Shown here one piece after another: positions 9,101 through 16,536 of a DNA stretch of 25,575 bases; position 1 is the first letter of the stretch; each line of letters opens with the position of its first letter. The position numbers and the translations under genes are program-made. Under the pieces are notes generated by a model. It ran no database searches, was not told the origin of the DNA, and saw only the letters and a program-made list of their open reading frames with translations. This DNA is from Candidatus Altiarchaeota archaeon (GTDB lineage: Archaea > Altiarchaeota > Altiarchaeia > IMC4 > SCGC-AAA252-I15): NCBI GenBank assembly GCA_043800705.1, contig JAZDMS010000008.1, positions 1 to 25,575 of the forward strand, read 5' to 3'.

Positions 9101-10201
9101 GGAGCCTACAGATTCACCCCCATGGACGTCAGCTACTCGGACGACACCGGTAAATCGTTCATAAAGGAGGGCAACGAAGTCACCCTGACAGCTGAAGTTT
9201 CCAAGAGCCCGAAGAAAGAGGGGAAGAGAACCCCAGCATCCGCCAAGGAAGCGTACGACGACGGGGCCCCGACGATCACATTGGACTTTGGAGGCCTAAT
9301 CAACACCGCCCCCGGCCAGGAGACATCAGTCAAGGGGAATCTGTCTAACGTGGGCACCGTAGACGTGAGAAACATCAGGTTCATCGGGAGCTCAGGGCCG
9401 GTCATCGAATTGATTGAGACGCCCCAGGAGGTCGAAACCCTGCAGGCGGGCAAAAAAACAGAAGTCGAAATCAGGTTCCGGGCAGTAAAGGAAGGGGTCC
9501 ACACCGTCAAATTGCTAGGATTCTCCTACAAGGACCTGAAAGGCAGCCACTTCTTCAAGAGCGCAAACGAGACGGCGGTGAAGGTGACATCGACGGCCAA
9601 GGAAGACGAGAAGATAGCGCAGGATGCGAAGGCCCAAGAAGACGTGAAAGACCTGCTGGAGGCCGGACTAGCCCAAGCGGATGAGAGGATGGTAGAGCTC
9701 ATATCCACGAAAGCGGACAACCACGCCCAGGCAATCCTGACCGTCCTTGAGATACTTGTCAACAAGAGGGGCATGGGCGGGGTCTATATAAGCGTCAGCC
9801 AGCCATCCGAGTCGATAGCCAACGCCATGAAGGAAGCAGGCATCCCGGATGGTAATGTGAGGTTCATAGACTGCATCAGCCGCTCGGCAGGGAGAGGACA
9901 GACCCAGAAGACGGACAACACGGCGTACATCGAGAACCCAAGCAGCCTAGAAGAGGTTACGATGTACATCGACCTTATGCTTAAGGCTGTCCAGAAGCCT
10001 AAAAAATTCATCGTCTTGGATTCCATATCGAGCCTCCTGATCTATAATCCCGACAAGAGCGTGAGGGAATTCACACATTTCGTGATAAACAAGGTCAAGC
10101 TCGAGAAGAACACCGGCATAATACTGAGCATAGAGAAGAAGGAGGCTGAAGACCTCATCAAGACCATTGCCCCGATGTGCGACGCACATATACGGCTATG
10201 A
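6125..10201 (+). CDS. Large multidomain protein: alpha-SNAP/TPR-like solenoid, three Ig-like (CARDB/BatD-like) domains and a C-terminal inactive KaiC/RecA-like domain
   Basis: 20-aa periodic A..Y.KAA..F...G repeats; three P.I.L...N.G.....I...P..I.EL.P...G...P....Y.D..G Ig-type units; C-terminal GVYIS...FIDCIS...FIVLDSISSLLIYN with no Walker A; no signal peptide. Confidence 0.85.
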   Translation: MDLIGGVKRGLLERQAEYNFSSSNYEAAAEEYERLLKIVEGAKDADRVMAIEERLGDCYEKFNHQSHEERIKDHKKACEHYLKAADKHRNRGEYEKAGLLFEKSAKAFEEFDANKEAGDFYKQSATMFSKVGDYVNASYAYHSAAERYEMEGENAKAASTYQESALSDMRVKDNTSASDSFKKAAASFEKIREWDKAIDSYASSVGIDTMSRRFLEVADTYEKMANVFYEMNDQEKAVYYHLKSADLRLVNDDPRSAANCMREAGTVYEHGGDYDKAIEYYLKSAKTFFNSNTPAQEAFSYSKAASIYEMRGEYEASGNYYLEAAKSNKAGQNDSQAKDTYMKAAQMFSKASEKNDQDRMKAADFHLKAASSYSEIEEYDKAADEYNSYANIFHEAKDIDNANEGYNRAAQEYVKGGRIWEAAEAYTNRKDYEKAAELYDKYANSKIESRDNFGAGLGFMEGGNCQRRLKIDSSAKAKFDRAASYFAKFIEEAKNKDQTSEHTLLLADAYRKIGECNEGQNELILAKQHYEKAEEYYDRAGDKEKRELTMGLRLKVDGIKAIDHGYYPKAEELLTQSKEILQANAKNGTWKTEYSRILQDGADEALQLIEKIMLKPEIILDIDRYTYTFADMPVMLNVKLTNDGKYTMKQITFLEHLPEEIKLMKLPDSIPELKPTNSKNTYIELTPKKTGLFRVKPIEIYYEDQKAHKYVKASNEVALEVVEKPLTDFKNYINSVEIFHRYAQSQENNNNWFQAGDGYMQMARIYSRFRSDETRTGYYKKAVENYKKYFEENKNDEEKEDNTLAKRLGDSYWHTGEGLMDIGQLDDAIRAYDDSRRVYTKCGIENLAYRSSALKLKVEGIEAVKRGDYTTAQGKFNEALAFFNDVIRSGGFDEEMLRFLEKNEDDVKSMIKTLQLKPQISVNITCPEKVTVGLPVTLNASIYNSLDFTVKSVKPMPNIIEGVEVAETTTDIKEIKPQENANATFKLVFTRPGAYRFTPMDVSYSDDTGKSFIKEGNEVTLTAEVSKSPKKEGKRTPASAKEAYDDGAPTITLDFGGLINTAPGQETSVKGNLSNVGTVDVRNIRFIGSSGPVIELIETPQEVETLQAGKKTEVEIRFRAVKEGVHTVKLLGFSYKDLKGSHFFKSANETAVKVTSTAKEDEKIAQDAKAQEDVKDLLEAGLAQADERMVELISTKADNHAQAILTVLEILVNKRGMGGVYISVSQPSESIANAMKEAGIPDGNVRFIDCISRSAGRGQTQKTDNTAYIENPSSLEEVTMYIDLMLKAVQKPKKFIVLDSISSLLIYNPDKSVREFTHFVINKVKLEKNTGIILSIEKKEAEDLIKTIAPMCDAHIRL

Positions 10202-10253
10202 CCCGCCGACAAGCCTTTAAACCAGTGAAACAAATACATAACAGGTCGATAAT

Positions 10254-11198
10254 ATGGTTGAGAGGGACAAGGATATCTTCCAGCAATTCCGCCAGCTGAC
10301 GGATGAAATACATAAGCAGGTCATAGGCAACGACGAGGTCATCGAGAACATCCTCATCGGCATCTTCTCGGGAGGCAACGTCCTCCTAGAGAGCGTTCCG
10401 GGAATGGGAAAGACGGTACTCATAAAGACCATCGCAGACACCATGGATATGGAGTTCAAAAGGATCCAGTGCACACCAGACCTTACAGCCACAGACATAA
10501 TGGGAAGGATCGTATACGACGAGAAAACTGGCCAAAAGACCATGGAAAAAGGCCCGGTATTCACCAACCTCCTCCTGATCGACGAGATAAACAGGGCGCA
10601 GCCGAAGACGCAGTCCGCGCTCCTTCAGGCGATGGAGGAGAAGGAGGTCACCCTCGGCGGAACGACCTACAGACTCCCGCAACCCTTCACGGTCCTGGCC
10701 ACCGAAAACCCCATCGACCAGCAGGGGACGTTCCCACTCCCTGAAGCCCAGAAGGACAGGTTCATGTTCATGTCCGTGATGCAGTACCTCTCCCTTGAGG
10801 AGGAGATGCAGATCATAAAAGCCAAGCAGAAGGACGCCAAGGTGAACAAGATATTCAATCCGCCGGAGATCCTGATCATCAGGGAGGAGATCAAGAGCAA
10901 CATAACCATGTCGGACTCGATACTTGAATACGCCATCAAAATCATCGAGGGAACACGTGAACGCAGGGAGGTCGCCACGGGGGCAAGCCCCAGAGCCTCG
11001 GTCTCGTTCGTGACCGCCGCGAAGACGAGGGCCTTCTTCAGGGGCCGCGACTTCGTCAATGCTGAAGACGTCAAAACGCTGTCGTTCCCGCTCCTTAGGC
11101 ACAGGATAATACTCAACCCCGACTCGAAGGACTACGGAGTCACCCCGGACGATATAATATCGAAGGTCCTGGAGAAGGTGGAATCGCCGGTGGATTGA
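10254..11198 (+). CDS. moxR: MoxR family AAA+ ATPase
   Basis: LLESVPGMGKT (Walker A), RIQCTPDL, LLIDEINRAQPKTQSALLQAMEE, ATENP..QQGTFPLPEAQKDRF, GASPRA and LRHRI. Confidence 0.96.
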   Translation: MVERDKDIFQQFRQLTDEIHKQVIGNDEVIENILIGIFSGGNVLLESVPGMGKTVLIKTIADTMDMEFKRIQCTPDLTATDIMGRIVYDEKTGQKTMEKGPVFTNLLLIDEINRAQPKTQSALLQAMEEKEVTLGGTTYRLPQPFTVLATENPIDQQGTFPLPEAQKDRFMFMSVMQYLSLEEEMQIIKAKQKDAKVNKIFNPPEILIIREEIKSNITMSDSILEYAIKIIEGTRERREVATGASPRASVSFVTAAKTRAFFRGRDFVNAEDVKTLSFPLLRHRIILNPDSKDYGVTPDDIISKVLEKVESPVD

Positions 11199-11203
11199 AA
11201 AAA

Positions 11204-13654
11204 ATGAGAAAGACGACCATAATTGCCCTGACCCTGATACTGGCGCAGACCATGGTCTCTGCAGAAAGCCTTAAGATGAACCTCGAAACCAGATGGGCAT
11301 ACAACACGAATGTCGACGTGGGCGCCATAGCCGTGGCAGACGGCACAGGAAACGGCAGAAAGGATGTCGTAATCGGATTGTCGAACGACACAGTGGTAGT
11401 CCTTGACCGTTTCGGGGTAAAAAAATACGAATACGCCATAGGAAACGCCTCACAGATAGGAAGCATATATGCCATGGATGCCGCAGACGTCGACGGCGAC
11501 GGCAAAGAGGAAGTGATATTCGGCCTCGGCGGGGCGCGGGAAGTCAGAGTCTATGAAGCCCACGCCTACGAGGTGGACCCAAAGAGCATGACAATCGAGT
11601 CGAAGGACAAGGTGCTCTACAGGCTGATAAAGAACCACGGCAGCGTATACGTGATGAAAACAGACGGGAGCCTGTTGTGGAGGTACCTCACCGACGACAG
11701 CGTCAGGGCGGTCGCCTACGTCCCCAACGCCGGGGGCAAGGCATACGTCACCGCGGGAGTGGGCGACGTGACCATATACGAGTACAACCAGAGAAGCAGT
11801 GAACCGATACCCGGCAGATCATGCATAACAACTACGATCACGGACGAAAACGCCCAGTGGGCGACCTCAAGCGACTGCTATTCCAAGGCATGCGAGGACC
11901 TGAACGAATGCACTGCCGAATGGGATTTAAGCTGCCTGGATACGAGATGCAAAAAGATGGGTTCCAACTGCTACAGGAACACATCCGACATTAAGACCTT
12001 ATGCTCTAGCGGGACGCAGGACGTCTGCCTGATAAGCTACGACAAGATCGTCTGCGGCGAGAACCTCGTCGACAAGGAGGGCTGGAGGATATCCACAGAA
12101 AAGACAATGAACGGCAGCGTCGTCTTCCTGGACAGGAGCGGAAAATACGTGACCAAATACGACGTCGTCCTTAGGTTGGATGATGGAATGGAGGTCCCCG
12201 GCGCAGACAACGCAGTCAGGAAGGTCAAAGCGGCAGACCTGACAGGCGACAGGGAAGACGAGCTGATAGTGGGCTCGAACAACGGCCAGATCATGGCCCT
12301 GAACATCACCAATATCAGCGCCATCCGTTACTTGTGGAAGGCAGCAGGCGAATACATCAAGACCAACGGGACTGGGATCGCAACCTGGGAGCACGGAGTC
12401 GGGATAGTCAGCCTTGGCGCGGCAGACCTCAACAACGACAAGGAGCCGGAGATCACATCCGGCAACAGCAAAGGCCTTCTGGCCACATACGACAGCAAAG
12501 GAAAGCTGCAATGGAAGCAGAGAATCAGCGATGCGATAACTGGGATCGATGCCCAGGACATACAGATCGACCAGCAAAAGGACCTGATCGTGTCCTCCAG
12601 GGACCGGACATTGTATGTCTATGACTCCCTCGGCAACATCCAATGGACATATATGACCAACGCACCCCTGTACGGCGTCCTGGCCACGGACATCGATGAA
12701 AACGACCTTGCGGACTTCATCATCCGCACCACGCGAAACGTCACGAGACTTGAGACCAACGATTACTACATAAAAAAATACAGGGCAGACGCATACTTCA
12801 ACACAGCCAACGAAAACTACCTCGCAGGGGATTACACGACAGCAAGCATCTACGTGGACAAGGCAACGGAGGTCTACAAGGATATCGGAGCCCAAGACGA
12901 CCTTGCCCTGAGCAGCGCATTGAGGAAAAAGATAGACGAGGAGTTCAAGGGATCGAGGATCAAGGAGGGAGACCGCCTCTACAACCTCGCGGTAAAATAC
13001 TATTCGATGAACGATTTCCAGACGGTCATAAAAAACCTCGAACAGGCCAGGAACCTCTACCAATCCATCGGATACGAGGAGGGAGTCAAAAAATGCGACA
13101 AGATGGCTGAGACCATGAGGGAAGAGCTCAAAAGGGTGCGCGAATACGACGCGGAAAGCAGGCTTTCCATGGCGGAAACGCTCCTGAGCTTCGGCAACTA
13201 TACCGGAGCCGTCGAACTCATCTACCAGGCTAAACAGATTTACCAGGAAATTGGGGAATACAACGAGACGGCAAGATGCGACATGCTCGTCCTGAAGGTT
13301 GCGGACACACAGTACACGGGCGCCCAGACGGCCTACGAGAGAGGGGATTACCCCAAAGCTATCGAGTACGCACTTGCCGCAAAGGAGCTCTATGACAGGG
13401 TCGGGGCCTACAACATGTCGATATTTGCGCAGGAGCTTATGCAAAAAGCCAATTCATCGGCCTACGACGACGGATCCCGGAGGGGGGAGACTGATTACAC
13501 ACCCTACCTCCTTGGCGCGATATTCCTTGCGATAATCGTCATATTATACATGCGTTCCGGGGGGCAGAAGATCCGGGAGGAAAAACCTGTGAGGGAGGAT
13601 AGAAACGCCGGAACTGACGATGAACTCGAGGGCTTGGAAGGGGCTGATAGATGA
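11204..13654 (+). CDS. Membrane-anchored surface protein: FG-GAP/PQQ-type beta-propeller, TPR stalk and C-terminal TM helix
   Basis: Signal peptide; DxDGDGxxE-like loops (DVDGDGKEE, DLTGDREDE, DLNNDKEPE, DIDENDLAD); G..LW blades; TPR helices; TM YLLGAIFLAIIVILYM; many N-x-S/T sequons. Confidence 0.85.
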   Translation: MRKTTIIALTLILAQTMVSAESLKMNLETRWAYNTNVDVGAIAVADGTGNGRKDVVIGLSNDTVVVLDRFGVKKYEYAIGNASQIGSIYAMDAADVDGDGKEEVIFGLGGAREVRVYEAHAYEVDPKSMTIESKDKVLYRLIKNHGSVYVMKTDGSLLWRYLTDDSVRAVAYVPNAGGKAYVTAGVGDVTIYEYNQRSSEPIPGRSCITTTITDENAQWATSSDCYSKACEDLNECTAEWDLSCLDTRCKKMGSNCYRNTSDIKTLCSSGTQDVCLISYDKIVCGENLVDKEGWRISTEKTMNGSVVFLDRSGKYVTKYDVVLRLDDGMEVPGADNAVRKVKAADLTGDREDELIVGSNNGQIMALNITNISAIRYLWKAAGEYIKTNGTGIATWEHGVGIVSLGAADLNNDKEPEITSGNSKGLLATYDSKGKLQWKQRISDAITGIDAQDIQIDQQKDLIVSSRDRTLYVYDSLGNIQWTYMTNAPLYGVLATDIDENDLADFIIRTTRNVTRLETNDYYIKKYRADAYFNTANENYLAGDYTTASIYVDKATEVYKDIGAQDDLALSSALRKKIDEEFKGSRIKEGDRLYNLAVKYYSMNDFQTVIKNLEQARNLYQSIGYEEGVKKCDKMAETMREELKRVREYDAESRLSMAETLLSFGNYTGAVELIYQAKQIYQEIGEYNETARCDMLVLKVADTQYTGAQTAYERGDYPKAIEYALAAKELYDRVGAYNMSIFAQELMQKANSSAYDDGSRRGETDYTPYLLGAIFLAIIVILYMRSGGQKIREEKPVREDRNAGTDDELEGLEGADR

Positions 13655-14202
13655 AAACCAGGACGGTGCTCATAGGAAACACGAAATTGGTGTTTGGAGT
13701 AATCATACTGATCGCCATATTGGCCGTCTTCGACACCCGTTTCAGGACCGGCGTAACATTCATAATCCTGATCCTGCTGACAATCATCGCAGTTATCAGC
13801 TCCACGAACAAAGACGCCGAATGGAGCATCGAAAGGAGAAACAAAGGCGAAAAGGGCGCATTGACCCTCGACGGCAAGGAGAAGAAATACCTGATATTCT
13901 ACATACTAAACCAGCTTCGGAAGAGGGAAACGATGGAGATGACCGAGATAGCCACCGAACTGAACATCAGCATCTACGATCTGACGGAGGTCCTCAAGCT
14001 TCTGGACAAACACAAGGCGGTCGAGGTCATCTATTCCCCGCCGCACAACTTCCCCATAATCCGCAGAGGCAACCAGGATAAGAGTAAGGCCTACATGATG
14101 TCGATATACAAGGAGTTCGCAAAACGGAGCCTGATGGGGGGGGAGATGATGGATGAGTTTGCAGTGGAGGTAAACGACTATATCCACAACATGAGGAGGT
14201 AA
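13651..14202 (+). CDS. Membrane protein (2 N-terminal TM helices) with a cytoplasmic winged-helix domain
   Basis: Two TM segments, then LRKRETMEMTEIATELNISIYDLTEVLKLLDKHKAVEV; ATGA overlap with the upstream gene. Confidence 0.75.
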   Translation: MKTRTVLIGNTKLVFGVIILIAILAVFDTRFRTGVTFIILILLTIIAVISSTNKDAEWSIERRNKGEKGALTLDGKEKKYLIFYILNQLRKRETMEMTEIATELNISIYDLTEVLKLLDKHKAVEVIYSPPHNFPIIRRGNQDKSKAYMMSIYKEFAKRSLMGGEMMDEFAVEVNDYIHNMRR

Positions 14203-14224
14203 GGATTCGGATTACCAGCGCACG

Positions 14225-14959
14225 ATGACATCAGCAAAACAACGAAAAAGAGGAGAATGCACAGGCACGCCCAGAAAGATAGGCCGCTTCATAGGGACTG
14301 CCATTAGCTGCCTCGCAATTGTCTTCGCATTATCTGGACTGCCCTGCGCCCAATCCCTCCGCCTCGACATAGGCAACGACACAGGCTACGAATGGTCCGC
14401 CCCGATTGCATTCACCGGCCCCCAGAGGCTGTCCATAGCCAGCGACGTAAACAGGTATGTTGCAGGCTGCTGGTGCATAGGATGCATTTATGATTTCGTG
14501 TCAGGAAATTGCACGGTCCCCCTTGTCTTCAGATCAGACGTCTCAGGAAACTTCACGATAGACGACATCAGACTGACATTCGAAAGCGACGCCAACCTCG
14601 GCGAAGTAGGTTACGGAAGCCCGTTTCGCAAAAGCGAGGGAGGATGCTGGGAGATCGAAGGACCGAGCGGAATATTCATGGTGCCCATCCCGTCGGACTA
14701 TGACGGGGGCTCCTGTTCCGCTGCAGAATACTCGTATACACGGGCCGCCAACGCAAGAGCAGTCACCGACGATGCCGTAGTCGATGCCACCTACAGGCTC
14801 CTAAACGAATCACTGGACACCCAACCAAGCCATGGGAGACTGGATGGCGCCGACGGCTTCGCCGGCGATCCGGCGGCCATGTCATTCAGGACGGAGGGCA
14901 GAATCGGGGTCCAGAGCCTCTGGGGCCCCGTGAGGATGAGGTTGGTCGTATGGGGCTAG
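14225..14959 (+). CDS. Secreted Cys-containing protein, probable T4P accessory component
   Basis: Hydrophobic signal segment, CWCIGC...CTVP motif and C-terminal WGPVRMRLVVW; overlaps the downstream pilin-like gene. Confidence 0.65.
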   Translation: MTSAKQRKRGECTGTPRKIGRFIGTAISCLAIVFALSGLPCAQSLRLDIGNDTGYEWSAPIAFTGPQRLSIASDVNRYVAGCWCIGCIYDFVSGNCTVPLVFRSDVSGNFTIDDIRLTFESDANLGEVGYGSPFRKSEGGCWEIEGPSGIFMVPIPSDYDGGSCSAAEYSYTRAANARAVTDDAVVDATYRLLNESLDTQPSHGRLDGADGFAGDPAAMSFRTEGRIGVQSLWGPVRMRLVVWG

Positions 14960-16293
14960 GTGGAAGAGGTTACATGTTCACCCTGGTGGCTGCCCTGATG
15001 ATCATGACCATCCTATCGATGGCCCTGTTTCAGACGCAGATATCCTCCCCCGCCTACGAGGACACCACCAGCAGGATGAGCCTCGACGAGCTCCATTACT
15101 ACGTTGAAGCCCTAAAGAAGGACACAGAAAGGGCGATAGCGATCTCGAGCCAGCGTGCTGCGACATATGCCACCAACCATGCCATAAACACCAATGAGAC
15201 ATTCAGGAATTACGGGATGAAAAACTGCACGCAGTTCACATACTATACCAACGGTTCCGAGGCCGCCATAGCCGAACTCATGGTGTGCGGCAGACTCGCC
15301 AACGCAAAAATGGACGCCCAGGACGTGGAAAAATATATGGAAGACAACACGGTCGAAGGCTGGATGCAGAAGATCTATACGAATCCGCCGGGCGAGGTGC
15401 CGTACAATGTCAGCATGAGGCTGAGGAACATGTCGATGGCCTTGTATGATTCCTGGCATTACATCATTTTCAGCGATGTCGATATCACTGTCGTGGACGA
15501 ATCTAACAACAACCGCTACAGCGGACAGGGGATCCCCATCTCTTCCGTCGTCGACTTCAGCTCTGCGGAGGACCCCATGTATTCCGTCAGATTCGGGATA
15601 CCGCAGGCAATAAGGCAGTACAATAGATGCGAAATGAGGCGTCCCGTGAACGGAACGACGCTGGACGGATGGATAGATGAAGGCTGCTACAATTCCGTGA
15701 AGCCCGACTACAACGCCCCCTCCTTCTTCGACAGGCTCGAGGGGAGGAACAACCTAAGCACGGCGTCGCTTTCCAGGTATTCGAACGCCCTGAAGAGCCT
15801 CAACTACAGCCTCACCGATATCGGACTCGAGAGCATGGCCAACCTCGACCTCCTGGACAGGTACAACGTAACTGTGAACTACAACCTCACACAAGTGGAT
15901 TACCTCTATTGGAGCGGACAGAGAAGCGCATGCTCCGTTGAGGGCATGAGCGCACACCCAAACTTCAGGATCGACTTCGACCATGCGAGGGAGTACGGCA
16001 TAGAGGGATTGAACTGCGAGGTATACGTCAAGCAAGCCACTGCTGGAAGCGATTTCGACTACTTCGAGCCGACAAGGATAGACAACCTGCCTGCCGGGAC
16101 GAAGCTGACCTGGGTCGAGGCCACTGGGACTATAACCCATACGCTCCATTGGAATTCGAAGACCGGGCAGGGTGAGGGCGTGCTCGAACCAAGCAGCAGG
16201 TTGACCTGGCTTTTCAACCAGACAGGGGAGTATGTGGTCACTTCCACGCCGTCCACTGGCTCATATGGGGTATTCTACCTACAAGTAACATAG
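14950..16293 (+). CDS. Large minor pilin / pilin-like adhesin with a class III signal peptide and a C-terminal cupredoxin-like domain
   Basis: GRG|YMFTLVAALMIMTILSMALF; internal APSFFDRLEG...GLES...VDYLYW; C-terminal FEP...AGTKLTW...HTL...LEP...F...GEY. Confidence 0.75.
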   Translation: MGLGGRGYMFTLVAALMIMTILSMALFQTQISSPAYEDTTSRMSLDELHYYVEALKKDTERAIAISSQRAATYATNHAINTNETFRNYGMKNCTQFTYYTNGSEAAIAELMVCGRLANAKMDAQDVEKYMEDNTVEGWMQKIYTNPPGEVPYNVSMRLRNMSMALYDSWHYIIFSDVDITVVDESNNNRYSGQGIPISSVVDFSSAEDPMYSVRFGIPQAIRQYNRCEMRRPVNGTTLDGWIDEGCYNSVKPDYNAPSFFDRLEGRNNLSTASLSRYSNALKSLNYSLTDIGLESMANLDLLDRYNVTVNYNLTQVDYLYWSGQRSACSVEGMSAHPNFRIDFDHAREYGIEGLNCEVYVKQATAGSDFDYFEPTRIDNLPAGTKLTWVEATGTITHTLHWNSKTGQGEGVLEPSSRLTWLFNQTGEYVVTSTPSTGSYGVFYLQVT

Positions 16294-16536
16294 GTAAATT
16301 TAAATATGTAGATATTAAGTATTCCAACCACAAATAATATTTACAGATGTAAATACATAAATTTGAATATCAAACCAACTGAACATATAGTCAGATAGAT
16401 ATTCGTAGATATGAATACTTTAAGATAGATAAGATCTATTTAGTAGAATGTAAATATATAAATATTTGTGCCAGAAATGGTTAAATAACTAACTTAGAGG
16501 GTATTTATTGCCCAAAGAACATAATCATTTGATACT
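16294..16536. promoter_or_regulatory. AT-rich control region upstream of the pilus ATPase operon
   Basis: ~25% GC counted over 16321-16500; palindrome TATTTACA-GA-TGTAAATA (16338-16355); TAGATA copies; TATA-like elements. Confidence 0.6.

Noticed and set aside
10386-11102. 238-aa minus-strand ORF
   Set aside because: Lies wholly antisense to the clear moxR gene.
11999-13444. 481-aa minus-strand ORF
   Set aside because: Antisense shadow of the propeller/TPR gene caused by codon bias.
16294-16536. Replication origin or CRISPR leader/array
   Set aside because: No cdc6/orc1 neighbour, no ORB-like G-string boxes and no regularly spaced 25-40 bp repeats.
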